A stretch of DNA of 64,000 bases from Tetramitus jugosus (GCA_937625935.1 OW569391.1:62001-126000), one strand, 5' to 3'; counted from the stretch's first letter, positions 30,768 through 42,807 are shown. A program made the numbers and translations. The notes: generated from the sequence alone by a model not told the origin.

Positions 30768-32484
30768 TTTATTCAATCGAGAACGCCGTGGTTTCAATAA
30801 ATTCGGAGAATTTTTGAAAAAGCTTAAGTCACCTAAGACTTAAAAAAAACCTGGTTGTCTTGATGCACTAGATGGGTGTGGCCGTAAAGTTAATGAATAG
30901 AAACGATAAGCTCTTTCTTTTCAAAACGTACATCCTGATTGCTTTTCAAGATAAAAGAAAAAGCAATCTTCCTTTCTAAAGGAAGAACCGATCTGATCCG
31001 CATTGGAAAGACCGTTGATTAACTTGAATTGAGGGAGTTGCGAACCTTGTTGTAACTTGGCCCATTGCGCAGGGAGTTCATGAAAGTTCTTTAGCATAAC
31101 CAGAGCATCATGTAGTTAGGCTTTTGGATTCTCTCGAGATTCGGAAATACATTGTAAATATCCAAAATTGAATGTACCACTTTTCTATTGAGATCTGATA
31201 AGTTGGCTGATGTGGTTCCATGTATTTCATTCGACCTACGATGAATCGTACGCTTGTGGGTAGATTGTGAGTCCAAGTTGGATATGCATTAAAGAGTTTT
31301 TGACCAATGGCATCCCACAGATAAAGTCTTTCTACTTGGATTGTGCTTCTCAGTCCGTCGAGTTCCAACGACAGATGAACAACGGATTTGACGTTTGGAG
31401 GCACTGAAGCATCCGATGTCGATAATGGCATCTATAGGTTATGTGGAATTTGTCGGTCACTAAATTGCGTTTTCAACAGTGTGGGTTATGATTATCTTGA
31501 AAATCTCATTCGCATGTGAAAAAATCTCTTCATTCGAGTTGCCCGATACAAAAAATACGACGAATTCATCAAGCATAAGTCTGTTCCACTTCTCACTATT
31601 TTTCTCAGTGCGTAGTCACCACCGTTCATAACCTTCTACTCTTCTATTTCTCTGTCGAATGATATCATAATTCTTTGGCAAAAGCACAAACATAGAATGC
31701 CTAAGTTGTTCCAAACATAAAGTGTCATCAAGAAGCACGTTAAAGCAAAACACAAGATCGAAACCTCATTTGTTTGAGTTCAAATACCAGACCATTACAA
31801 ATCAACTATCAACTCAGTCCAATACACAAGACTCACCCCAATCATCTCTATCCTCCACTTCAAAAGAGAGCATTCCAGTATCAAGCAAAAGGAAAGAAAG
31901 GTATTGACTCCAACTGCTGCGGGGTAATGAAACGAAAATTAGGAAGAAGCCTATCCGTCTACTGATGATGAAACTCCTCAGGTGGCGTATGTTAGAAACA
32001 AAGATAGCTTCATTGATGTACTGAATGTAGGAGAATCTACCATTGGGCGCAAGGCCCAAACTCCCTACAGTTTTTTAACACGAACAAAAAATTGTTTGGC
32101 TTTCCTCCACTGTTGGCATTAATAAAAATGGTATAAGAATGTTTTGGTTGTTTTTAAGAAATTCGACGAGTGATTCCCACAGAGGCGGTGTATGGACGAT
32201 TTAAATATTGATGGCCTGCAAAGACATCTTAAGTCATGAAGGTGTTGGTAGTGCGTTATCTTCATTGTATGTTTTTTCCAAAAAAATTTACTGATCGGTC
32301 CTTTAAAAAATTTACTTGATCAAACATGCCGAAAATATTTAAAAAGAGAGTTCGAAGCACAGCACCCCGAACAGATTCATCATGGTAATAGTAACAGTCA
32401 CTATCAATCTTGGTGTTTGATGTGGGCGGAGGGAATAAAAGATCAAGGAATGACAATCCAGATGAAAGTAGGAATGAAATCAGA

Positions 32485-32703
32485 GCCATGTTGAATGTGA
32501 ATGGAAGCATCTATGACAAAGCAGATGAGTTAAAAGGACTCATATACTCCAATCAGTGCGATGTTCTCCTGATCCAGGAAGCTAAAGCTACAAAAGCTGA
32601 AGCCAAAACAATACGTACTTGTTTCAAACCATTCAAAACAGTAATGGCATTGGATGATCAAAGAAGACACGGAATTATCATAGTGATTCTAAGTACCGCA
32701 TAA
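32485..32703 (+). mobile_element. Remnant of an APE-type endonuclease N-terminus (non-LTR retrotransposon ORF2-like)
   Basis: MLNVNGSIYDKADELKGLIYSNQCDVLLIQEAK..RRHGIIIVI matches the xNVNG..K..L..DV.L.QE.K..G+.++ pattern; truncated by a stop; no RT seen. Confidence 0.6.
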
Positions 32704-34469
32704 ATACGGTCGGCTGGTTGTAATTAGAGATCGAGATGCCGGTGCAATACAACAAGGCGATAGTGCTGTCACCTATCAAGGAAGAATTCTATGATATGGG
32801 TTCTCAAGGGTCACAATTGTGGATCAGAACGCTGTTTTATTCAATAATTGACATAATAAAAAACATGAATGTATTCTTTCGATGGAAAAAAGTTGTTGTG
32901 GTAGATCAATCGTTCAATATTTCCGAGTGTAATGATATGCACCAGTGATTATCGTTGAAAAGAATAGGTGTAAGCTAAATAAACGATCTTGCCAATTCTT
33001 GTGGATGAGAAAAGTTTTTGAGGGCCTACTCGTCTCCATTCTCCAAGTTATCAAGAATGTTGTTCCAATGAACAAATGTCCTCCATCAGCTTTCGAAGAA
33101 TTCTAATCTCTTCCTTCAAATCCCCGAAGAGAACATGAAATTACACATTCTGCAAAGTACTGTTAGGTGGATAGTAGTCAGAAAGGCCAAAAACCTTTGG
33201 CTGACAGTCCTGCACCAAAAAGTGGACAGATGAAACAATGACGCATTAAGAAACATGATGTACTTGCTGGTCGGTTCAGATTTAGTTTCTCACTACTACC
33301 CATGACTTTTGTTGTCTGTGGTCTTCTTGCTAATTTTACAAAATCAAACATCCCATACGAACAAAGGAATCAATCGAGCAGAGGAACAAGACCTTCTTCT
33401 GATCAGAGACACTGTCACAACAATCATCACTACTCAACATTATTATTAATTAATGAAGATTCCGATTTATCATCTCAAGGGATCTGTCTCCTTTATGGTC
33501 AGGGCCTGTAGAGATAGCTCCCAAAGTTGTTGAGCTTGAAGCCATCGATACGATGCTCCCACGCATTGTAGTCATTGAAGAGGCAACCGACCGTCACTTC
33601 AACCATTCTTCCCATAATCTCGACTCTCTCATCGACATAATACTTAACGCTGGTTTTGAGGATGCTGGGAGATAGACTTTTGAGCTTCTCTTGGACAGCA
33701 ATTGTCCTGGAACGTGAATGATGGTTGAGTATGCACAACAAACTCTTTTTGGACAACGCAAAATCGGTTTCTTCTGAACCTTCTGAATGGTCTGTATAGG
33801 TCAGGATGAGCAGACAAGAAGTGATGTTATATCGATTGATTCAAATAAAATTCAATTTCTACTTGATTTTTCATTTTGTGTAACGAAAAGTCATATCTGT
33901 ATCACATTCTACTACTCTCCCTCCATGCGATAACCTTCACTTGGGTATAAAATGGTCTACTCCCGTAATGTGGACTTCAATCAACGCTGTGATGTCTAAT
34001 GTGTCATTCATTTCCTAGATCAGATAAATACTCTTGAGTAGTAATAATGTTTAATCTCGTTGTCCATCAACAAGCTGATTCTCTGGACTGGGGAGTTGCA
34101 CAACACCATTTTAGCAGAGTCTCTCTGTAACACTGGAGAAGGTATAATATCAATGTCAAACTGCTCCTCTGCATCCTCCATATTATACATATCATCATCC
34201 TTCATTTCATGTACTTCTTCGTTGTCGTCATCCGTGCAGCTTATATTAATCTCGGAAGGAACTTTTGGTTGTAACTGAGATAGTTGTATTTCTTGCTCTG
34301 TAATTCTCTCTTGTCCGTATCACTCCTTGTCGAGTCAATGAATCGATCATTCCTGATGGTGAGAAAATGATCCAACTCACTATTTATTCAATGCAAAATT
34401 TGGTCGAATAATTGGGAATAAGACGAGAAAAAGAAATTCATAACTATATTCAGTTCATAACGACAATAC

Positions 34470-35135
34470 TTCACTCACTCGACGTGTTTTCCTGGAGAAG
34501 TTTCAAGAGATTGGATCTTGAAGCGCTTTGGGCAAGGTTGAGTATCTATAGTCGAGAAAAGTACAACTCAATTCCATGGAAATTGATATTTCCAGGGGCA
34601 AGAATCAGTGACAGCCTCCAAGATATTTATCTGACACTTCCCAATCTTGATCGAGGAGATCATATCATGCTGAAGAGGGATCATGAGAAATTTCTTTCTC
34701 CAATAATGGAATATAGAAAGCGTGTTGGAACCCATTGCAATCCAACACTAGCGAGTAGTGACATAGAAGCAGAGAGATCGACTATTGTCTTGGTGCTATG
34801 AAGGAACAGAGTTGATTGATGCTAGATGGACAACAACTCAGAAGAACTCTGACGCCAAAGTAATGATAGTTATACAATACAAGTACACAAGCAAGAAAAA
34901 GAGAGATGACATTAGAGCAGAAGGTTGGGCGAAGCGAATCATTGGAGAACTGTCCCCACACTTCGAGGACTACCTGATCATTCCTGTTTTGATTACCAAT
35001 TGTAGCATTTCGGAGAACGAACAACTGACAAACAGTACACTTTTGTGTTCGTATCAAGAGAAACAGCAGGTGAATACTTTTCACCCAACATCCTTCCATT
35101 GTATCTCTTGGCGACGAAGAGTGGAAGATCACGAG
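34470..35135 (+). pseudogene. Frameshifted 3' fragment of a paralog of the CRN-like gene at 47794-50173
   Basis: FSWRSFKRLDLEAL..REKYNSIPW.LIFPGA..KRVGTHC, then WCYEGTELIDARWTTTQ..KVMIVIQYKYT..DYLIIPVLITN in a shifted frame; frameshifts near 34790 and 35040. Confidence 0.9.
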
Positions 35136-35285
35136 TCAGACGTTCTATTGATAAACTGTTAGAATGCTGAAATCCAGCGAGGAACATTTTGCCTCAACCT
35201 CTCTTGTTGTTGCAGTCGTTGATGATTTGGGATGAATAAACTGTCCAACAGAGCAATTACCGCCTTATTAGCTTTTTAAGTTTTA

Positions 35286-36287
35286 CTAGGTTCGCTCTTC
35301 GAGAAGAAACAAATTATACTGTCCCAATAAATAACAAATGTAGAGGAATTGGAACAGTGTTTGAGAAGAAGAAAAGAAGTGAGTCTTCCATGCCTCTGCA
35401 TCCACGATTCCAATGACTCTTGATCCATCACGTGACCATACAGGTATACACAGCTCTGATTCCACCCTTGTATCACACACATAGTATGGCTCATCATCCT
35501 TCTTCTCTTCGACTTGTTTCAATAATGAGGAACCACTATCATTATCATCAATATCGTTTGTGAGTGGCTGCATCGATGCAGTAGCAGCAGTAGTAGTAGC
35601 AGCAGTAGTGGTAGTTGTGATCCCATAGACATCATGGATCACACGCACCTTTCCACTCATGGCAACAGTAGAATTACTGCTATGCTTTGCAAATTGTTCA
35701 TTGAGTGGAAAATCAGGACGACTGTAATCACCAATGTAAGCCTCCTTGACCAACACAGAGAAGCCATCATCATCATCATCAGTTGGGTGGTAGTTCAGAA
35801 AATTTGGTTGATCAATGACTCGATAGACACCAAACCACTCACATTCAATCACTCTTTCCTTTTGAAGACTTGATATCAAATCATTCAATTGTTTCAGTCG
35901 AACACTGTGCGGGCAATTATTTTTCATAAACGATTCATTGTAAAAATCATTTGGCGCCACACCAAACACTTGGGTCGCCAAGTTGAACGGTGTGTCGTTT
36001 GGGATTTTTTTGGCGCAAGAACCAATGGGCGAATCTGGTGGTGAAGGCTTCGGATAAATATACGTAAACAAGGATTGAATGTCTGAGAGGGTCATTGTTT
36101 GGAGAGAGGAAGATGATGAATATTGGGAGATGACCTCAAAAACATTCTGAATGAGCAATGCATGTGATTGATGATATTGTAACTTGATGTCATCCTTCTT
36201 GTTTGTTGTTTGATCATCAGATAAGACACGATCCACATATTGATCAAATGTGAATGTCGTTGTTGTCGTACGTGTAGTTGCTGCCAT
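35286..36287 (-). CDS. GAF-domain protein (fRMsr/MsrC-related, bacterial-type subfamily)
   Basis: WFGVYR..LVKEAYIG..SRPDFPL...FAKHSSNSTVAMSG..IHDV..YYVCDTRVESELCIPV..VIGIVDAEAW. Confidence 0.8.
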   Translation of the reverse strand: MAATTRTTTTTFTFDQYVDRVLSDDQTTNKKDDIKLQYHQSHALLIQNVFEVISQYSSSSSLQTMTLSDIQSLFTYIYPKPSPPDSPIGSCAKKIPNDTPFNLATQVFGVAPNDFYNESFMKNNCPHSVRLKQLNDLISSLQKERVIECEWFGVYRVIDQPNFLNYHPTDDDDDGFSVLVKEAYIGDYSRPDFPLNEQFAKHSSNSTVAMSGKVRVIHDVYGITTTTTAATTTAATASMQPLTNDIDDNDSGSSLLKQVEEKKDDEPYYVCDTRVESELCIPVWSRDGSRVIGIVDAEAWKTHFFSSSQTLFQFLYICYLLGQYNLFLLEERT

Positions 36288-37001
36288 TTTTTTGCTGAGG
36301 AATGTGTTTTTTTGTTTGATGATGAAGATTACATGCACGTAGGTATCTAGTTGCAATGTACGCCAAAGTGGAAGGATGATGTGGCAAGCTGTTGGGTGTG
36401 AAAAATGGTGCGCGCAAGTCCTCACTTTTGCTTGGAGATGTCATGGGAAATACCAAAGGCATCGAAACGGTGGACAGAAATTTCAATGCCCGCGAAAATG
36501 TCCTCGATTCTCAAGTGTCAGAGTTACAGGAGTTGTTATTTTTGGCAATACTATTTGTTTTGGTTGACTGGTCAACGCCATTTGGGAATGGATATTGTAT
36601 CTATCATCTATCGCTTATTTTAGAGGATGGAGGAACAGCTTCCAACAAGAATAGTCAACCTGCAAAGTAACATTGTCTCTTCAGAGAGTTTCACCCCCAA
36701 GAAATAGAAATTGAACTCGGCTTGGCCAGGAGTGAGAATTAGTGATTCGCTCGCCTATCTCGATGACTATTTCTAAAAGCATATGTTTTTCTTAGCGTGG
36801 CGGTTAGGATGACCTTAGCTCACGTATTCTTAAAATATTTAAGTTGTTCATCAACAGTTGCTGGTGCTACAAAGATTTTATAGAACACAATCAAACCAAC
36901 CAACAAGCCTTACCCAGAACACGCTCAAGTCACCACTTTCTACCCCCAACAAACACAAGAATTGTAAATACAGAACAACAAGAGAAGAAGAGACAAGAAC
37001 A

Positions 37002-39947
37002 ATGGTAGAGACTTCAGCACAATTCATATCCCCGATGGGTCCCAACATGCAACAACCAATGCCTCCAACCACTGTCATGGATCTGTCCAAGAATATTGTA
37101 CAAGTTCCAACGACAATGGTCATGCCAACAACTACCACCATGGCCCCAACTACAGATGCTAGTCTACTGAACCCGCTACAGCTTGACATTCAACAACAAC
37201 AACAACAACAACAGTTACAATATCAGTTGCAACAGCAACAAATGCAACAACTACCACATCAACAAAGAGTCAACTTTAGACCTGGTCCACCTACAGTGTT
37301 CGTTCAACCCACTCCCAATCCAATGGCGTCAACATTCCGATTAGACACTCAAAAAATGGCACTAATCAAGGAGGATCAAAACGGAATTCTAGCAATCGGT
37401 GTGGATCCCACGGCCAGAAACTCTACACTGTTCCAAGCAAGTAACATGCTCGTCAATGGTGTTGCACCATCTAATCAATTGATTGACCAATCCATTAACA
37501 ATGTCAAGGTTACTCTCGCACAAAATTCGGGCATGTTGTCTGAGCAGGGCATGCGTGTAGTGGGTGATGTATACCAAGTGCTAGAATCTTTGCAAAAGTT
37601 CATTCATGCAAAGAATGGAGATGAGAAGTGGCAGAGAATGTACCGTGATTCGAGGCTAGCTGGTCGATCTGCGGCACTCAAGGGAAAACAACAAGCTCAA
37701 CTATTGAAGACGTCTGTACTGCCACAGCTACAGCAACCACAACAGTACATGGTTGAGAAGGCCAGGCTAGAGTCTAAACAAATGATGATCAACATGAGAG
37801 ACATCATCTTCTTCATTTTCAAGAGTGGAGAATTCCGTGAGTTGTTGATTGACTTTGTGAAACTGTTCCAGAGCTTTGCTCGAAGAATGGATGAGAAGCA
37901 TGGAGATCGCCTCACCGATTCACTGAGAAGTGATTTGTTGACCACTGGCTCGACTACAATGGCCCCTCCATCTGCCACCGTTATTCAAACAACTCAGACA
38001 AGTGAATATATCAATATCGTTGGACCTGCCTCCTCAGCTACTTCTGAAACAATTTTCATTCAGAATCCTCCATCATCCCAACCGTCTTCATCCCAATTGA
38101 AGACCGAATTGACTACTGCTGCAAAGGACACCAAGAATATCTTGAAACAGGAGTCCGAGAGAACAAGAATGATGGAGATAAGATTGGATACTCTGCTGGA
38201 AAAGTTAAGGAGTCAACCGCAGTACAGAGACGTGGTTCAAAAGTTGTTTGTCATGTACGATCAGTTTGAACTCCAATTCCAAAAGCATAGGACAATGGCA
38301 GCACAGCAGATGCAAGAAACTGCACAACAAAATGAATGGAATATTGTGTTCAACGATGCAAAGTTGATCATGGGAGATTTTGTCGGTCACCAACCATTGG
38401 AAGTGTTCATTAATCAGTGTTATCAATTGTACATGACCATTAAGAACGACCCTGCTGCCAATCAATACTTTAGAGACTTGAGAATCTTTATACTAAATAT
38501 GATGCAAGAGACAAGGAGTGATGTTCTTCCAAGCCAAGCCACCATTGTTCAACCAACGACTTTTGGTGCACAGGACTCCTCCATTCGTTTACAACAACAC
38601 AAACAACAAATCAGTGCATTTGTTGAACGAGGAAAACAATTGTTCCAAGCCGAAAAGTCACAATACTATGTCTACTTTAAGAACATGGCATCAACAATGA
38701 AAGAAATGTTCATTTCGTTGAGAAATGACCGAGATCGATTGGATGTCAGCTCAAAGGTTAACAAACTGTTCAAAGACATGTTCATGGATGGACATGGAAG
38801 ACCAGACTTGTTCATTATGCAGGAGAGCATCGTACAATTGAATGCATTGTTTGGTACATTGCTTAGACAACAGTTGGTATCAGTTCAATTGCCATTTGTT
38901 GAGGGTCAAACAAGACGTTATGCCTTTGCTCTTCATAACATGGTTCTGGACATCAATAGAATATTGCCTGATCATTTCAATCTTCAATTTATGAACAACC
39001 TTGATCATCAATCGTACAGTATGACCAGAGAGGCTACGAAGAATATGACCAAGCTTCACTTTGAAGCAGACTCCATTCAATTTGCCATCCGTAATGTTCA
39101 CTTTGATGTGAGACAACTCTCAGGACTCAAGTATCATGATTATGGAGTGGCTGATATTGAAGTGTTGGGCAACAGAGGTCTGTCTCTTGAGGCCAATTGG
39201 GATATTGTGTCAACTAGTGCCAAGATTCCTCATCTCAGACTTGGTCGAGTGAACTGCAACATTGACAAGTTGAATATTCGTATTCTAGCAGCTCATCACA
39301 AAGCCCTGGACAGAATAGTGACCAAATTGTTCAAGGGAATCATTAGAAGACGTGTGTCAGCCATGATTAGACAAAGAATGCAAGAACAGTTGGAGTACAT
39401 TACTACTCGTCTCAACATTCTCTTGTTGGAAAGACAGAGAGAATGGAAAAAAATCTCTGGCAACAGTCTTGTTCGCAAATCCAAGATCAATGAGAAGTTA
39501 AAGATGGGATACGATAAGACAAAGTTGGGCAAAAAGAAGGGTCTGTTGTTGGACGAAACGACTGGTATGCGTCAGGAGACTCAATGGACACAACAACCAC
39601 AACAATTGCAACCTCAACTTGAACAACAACCACTGCAGATGCAACCACAAATGATGATGCAACCATCTGCCATGACGACAACAAGTGCAACAGTCATTGA
39701 AACAGTCATGCCAACTGTTGTGATGCCCACCACAAATATTGAGCAAATGCCATCTGTTGCAATGAGTACCGAGGGATATGCCAATTCACAAGAAGCTGTT
39801 GTTGCTTCCACCAAGATTGGTATTGTCAAAACAGACATGACATCAGCCGTTACGACCATGGCACCACCGCCACCACGACCCCTGGAAACAACCATGATTG
39901 AACAAGCCTCTGTTCGATCCAGTACCCCAGACACGATCCTCGCTTGA
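37002..39947 (+). CDS. HAM1-like (DUF4449/DUF5923-type) protein with C-terminal BPI/TULIP-like region
   Basis: PSNQLIDQ..LSEQG..KNGDEKWQ..SGEFRELLIDF..LPFVEG..DYGVADI..V.C.IDKLNIRI..HKALDRIVTKLFKGIIRRRV. Confidence 0.65.
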   Translation: MVETSAQFISPMGPNMQQPMPPTTVMDLSKNIVQVPTTMVMPTTTTMAPTTDASLLNPLQLDIQQQQQQQQLQYQLQQQQMQQLPHQQRVNFRPGPPTVFVQPTPNPMASTFRLDTQKMALIKEDQNGILAIGVDPTARNSTLFQASNMLVNGVAPSNQLIDQSINNVKVTLAQNSGMLSEQGMRVVGDVYQVLESLQKFIHAKNGDEKWQRMYRDSRLAGRSAALKGKQQAQLLKTSVLPQLQQPQQYMVEKARLESKQMMINMRDIIFFIFKSGEFRELLIDFVKLFQSFARRMDEKHGDRLTDSLRSDLLTTGSTTMAPPSATVIQTTQTSEYINIVGPASSATSETIFIQNPPSSQPSSSQLKTELTTAAKDTKNILKQESERTRMMEIRLDTLLEKLRSQPQYRDVVQKLFVMYDQFELQFQKHRTMAAQQMQETAQQNEWNIVFNDAKLIMGDFVGHQPLEVFINQCYQLYMTIKNDPAANQYFRDLRIFILNMMQETRSDVLPSQATIVQPTTFGAQDSSIRLQQHKQQISAFVERGKQLFQAEKSQYYVYFKNMASTMKEMFISLRNDRDRLDVSSKVNKLFKDMFMDGHGRPDLFIMQESIVQLNALFGTLLRQQLVSVQLPFVEGQTRRYAFALHNMVLDINRILPDHFNLQFMNNLDHQSYSMTREATKNMTKLHFEADSIQFAIRNVHFDVRQLSGLKYHDYGVADIEVLGNRGLSLEANWDIVSTSAKIPHLRLGRVNCNIDKLNIRILAAHHKALDRIVTKLFKGIIRRRVSAMIRQRMQEQLEYITTRLNILLLERQREWKKISGNSLVRKSKINEKLKMGYDKTKLGKKKGLLLDETTGMRQETQWTQQPQQLQPQLEQQPLQMQPQMMMQPSAMTTTSATVIETVMPTVVMPTTNIEQMPSVAMSTEGYANSQEAVVASTKIGIVKTDMTSAVTTMAPPPPRPLETTMIEQASVRSSTPDTILA

Positions 39948-40208
39948 AGACACGACCGATGAATCTCAGCGAAAAACCAGCGAAAAACAAAAGAATAACA
40001 ACAACAAATACAATCAAAACCTTTTTTCCCATGTAACGTTCTTCTTTTTCGTGTCAAAACTCCGCCTTCATTCCTCCGATTCAATCAAACTTTGCCCTCC
40101 ACCAATTTGTTGAATCATCAATTCTTGTGAATTCACACGGCACACCATTCAGAGGAGCGACGTCTCTGAAAAACAACGACACAGACACACCAATTTTCCT
40201 TGCTCACA

Positions 40209-40293
40209 CCAACAACAACCAACAACCAACTAGTCAACAAACAAACAAACAAACAAACAACTAGTCAACAGTCAACAACCAACAAACAACAAA
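40209..40293 (+). repeat. CAAC/CAAA simple repeat with duplicated AACTAGTCAACA in the 5' leader of pescadillo
   Basis: caaccaacaaccaactagtcaacaaacaaacaaacaaacaaacaactagtcaaca. Confidence 0.8.
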
Positions 40294-42807
40294 ATGGGAA
40301 AAGCAACAAGAAACATTGGAAAACACAATTGGGGTGGTAAAAAAACAAAAAAGAGCAAGTACATGACACGTAATGAAGCAGTGAGGTACTTGCAACTGTC
40401 ATTGGGTGATTTCCGTCGATTGTGCATCTTGAAGGGCATCCATCCTAAGCAACCCACCAAATCTCAATTGAGCAACAAGTCAAAACTCACCATTGGTAAA
40501 CCATTGAAGAAGGGAGTGCTCTACTATTATGTCAAGGACATTAAATTTATGAATCATGATCCATTGATTGTCAAGTTTAGAGAACACAAGATTTTCCTGA
40601 GGCGATTGAGCAAGGCCAATTCAAAGCTTGATTTTTCACATGCCAAGGCACTCGAGTCCAATGCAAAGCCACACTTTACCTATGATCACTTGGTCAAGGA
40701 GAGATACCCTACCTTTCAATCCGCACTCTACGATTTGGATGACTGCCTGACACTCATGTTCATGTTTCATCACTTGCCCAGTGGATATGGTGGAATTGAA
40801 CCACAGAGACTATCATTGGTCAAAAAGTTGTGTGATGAGTTTTGTAGTCACGTTGTGAGCACTCGTTCACTCAAAAAGTGCTTTGTGTCATTCAAGGGCA
40901 TCTACTATCAGGCTCAACTCTATGGTCAAAAGATTACATGGATTGTACCTCATGGATTCACTCAACAGATTCCACAGGAGGCAGACTTTAAGGTGTTTAA
41001 GACTTTTCTCACTTTTTATACCACGTTGATGACATTTGTCAATTTCAAGTTGTATCACGACAGAGAAGAACAGTATCCACCAGTGTGTCCTCACTGGAGA
41101 CACTCTCTTGCATCCTATCTATTGGATACCAATAATCAAATGATGGCTGCTGCTACTCTTGCTATTGGTGGTGGTGCTACTATTGGTGGTACTACTATTG
41201 GTACTGCTGCTACTGCTACTACTGATGGTACAATGCAACAAGAATTGAATGAATTGATTGCCAAGAGCAACAATCAAATGTATGCCAATGATTCAGCAAC
41301 TACAAGAGAGGATGATGATGAATCACATGCCATGCTATTGAATGAAGAAATGGAAGAGAGTAGAGCCAACAAGACTGTGGATCAATTGTTTGAAGAAAAG
41401 TTTTTGAATCTGTACAAGAATATGACTTTTTATCTGAGTAGAGAAACACCGATTGCATCACTTGAATTTGTGATTCGCAGTTTTGGTGGTAGAGTCATTA
41501 CAGATGCGCTTCTCAATCACAATAGCAACAATGTCAAGACGACCATTACTCACTATGTCATTGATAGACCAGTGATCCCAAGTGTCGATGATTTGAAGAC
41601 TAGTGGTTTCTTGAGTCAAAAGAGCACCTCTGCAGATGCCATTGAATTCATTCAACCTCAATGGGTGTATGACTGTGTGAATGCCAAGGTTCTCATCCCA
41701 GCAGAAAAGTATCAACCAGGTCAGAAATTGCCACCTCATCTCTCTCCATTTGAACAGGACATGTATGGTCAACAACAAGGTCAACAACAACAACAACAGG
41801 ATGGCAATGCCGCACCAACATTTGTCTATGAACCAAAGTATGCTCAAGAATTGAGAAACATTTTGGAACAGGAGATGGATGCTCTGAGAAGAATCAAGAG
41901 AAGACAAGGTGCCTCTGCTGCCTCTGTTGACTATGATGACGATGATGATGATGAAGAAGAAGAAGGCAGAGGACTGTTGGCCACATTGGCACGTGGTCTC
42001 CCTCGAGCCACTGGTGACAATCAAGAAGAAACAGTGTCTGACGATGAAGAATTGGAGGATGTTCACGTCACTGCTGCCGACACTGATTCCGAAGCGGAAG
42101 AAGAAGAAGAACAGAGATATACCAGAGAGTTGGAAATGGAAAAGACTGGTATGAAGTACTCTGACTTTAGCAAGCAGTTGGAAAAGGAGGGACGAGAGAA
42201 GCAAATCAAGTCAATTCGGGCCACTGGTGCACAAGTCAAATCAAAGGATCAATTGAAGCACGAACAAGACTTGGAATTGAGAAAGAGTATGATGTCCAGA
42301 AGAAAGGCCAAACTGTACGAACAGGAGATGAAAAAGTTGAATAAGCAAAAGAAGCGTGTCAATGAACTCATGAAGAAGAGACTTGAACTGGAGGAACAAG
42401 AGGAGGAACAGAGAGAAAAGGGTTCTTCCGTAGCAGCATCTGAACCAAGGACTATTGTGACGGCAGAAGACGACTCGGACAATGAGTACGATGCAGAAGA
42501 GAAGCCAACCAAATCGTTTGATATGGACAAGGATGAGTTGGATGACTATGACTTGTCTCATTTTGAACCTATTGATGATGATGAGGAAGACTTGTTGGGT
42601 GATGTCGAATTGCCAGACGAGGAAGCCGAGAGCAGTGATGATGAGGAGCCAGCTCCAGTCGTTTCTGCCAAGAAGACCAACAACAAGAAGCAACCAATAC
42701 AGCAAAAGAAGAACAACAACAGTGACAAGAAGAGAAAGGAAGCACCAACATCGACCAAGAACAACAACACATCAAACAAGAAGAATAAGAAGCAACGAAC
42801 CAAGTAA
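40294..42807 (+). CDS. PES1: Pescadillo (Nop7) ribosome biogenesis protein
   Basis: YMTRNEAVRYLQLSLGDFRRLCILKGIHPKQP; DHLVKERYPTF; BRCT region IQPQWVYDCVN..PG.KLPPHLSPF. Confidence 0.97.
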   Translation: MGKATRNIGKHNWGGKKTKKSKYMTRNEAVRYLQLSLGDFRRLCILKGIHPKQPTKSQLSNKSKLTIGKPLKKGVLYYYVKDIKFMNHDPLIVKFREHKIFLRRLSKANSKLDFSHAKALESNAKPHFTYDHLVKERYPTFQSALYDLDDCLTLMFMFHHLPSGYGGIEPQRLSLVKKLCDEFCSHVVSTRSLKKCFVSFKGIYYQAQLYGQKITWIVPHGFTQQIPQEADFKVFKTFLTFYTTLMTFVNFKLYHDREEQYPPVCPHWRHSLASYLLDTNNQMMAAATLAIGGGATIGGTTIGTAATATTDGTMQQELNELIAKSNNQMYANDSATTREDDDESHAMLLNEEMEESRANKTVDQLFEEKFLNLYKNMTFYLSRETPIASLEFVIRSFGGRVITDALLNHNSNNVKTTITHYVIDRPVIPSVDDLKTSGFLSQKSTSADAIEFIQPQWVYDCVNAKVLIPAEKYQPGQKLPPHLSPFEQDMYGQQQGQQQQQQDGNAAPTFVYEPKYAQELRNILEQEMDALRRIKRRQGASAASVDYDDDDDDEEEEGRGLLATLARGLPRATGDNQEETVSDDEELEDVHVTAADTDSEAEEEEEQRYTRELEMEKTGMKYSDFSKQLEKEGREKQIKSIRATGAQVKSKDQLKHEQDLELRKSMMSRRKAKLYEQEMKKLNKQKKRVNELMKKRLELEEQEEEQREKGSSVAASEPRTIVTAEDDSDNEYDAEEKPTKSFDMDKDELDDYDLSHFEPIDDDEEDLLGDVELPDEEAESSDDEEPAPVVSAKKTNNKKQPIQQKKNNNSDKKRKEAPTSTKNNNTSNKKNKKQRTK

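Noticed and set aside
30825-30845. TTAAGTC-N6-GACTTAA hairpin as a transposon end or terminator
   Set aside because: Only a 7-bp stem, and no matching terminal repeat found at the other end of the gene-poor region
31814-32110. YINEAIFVSN segment as a Tc1/IS630 DDE transposase remnant
   Set aside because: Similarity too short and the other catalytic motifs were not seen
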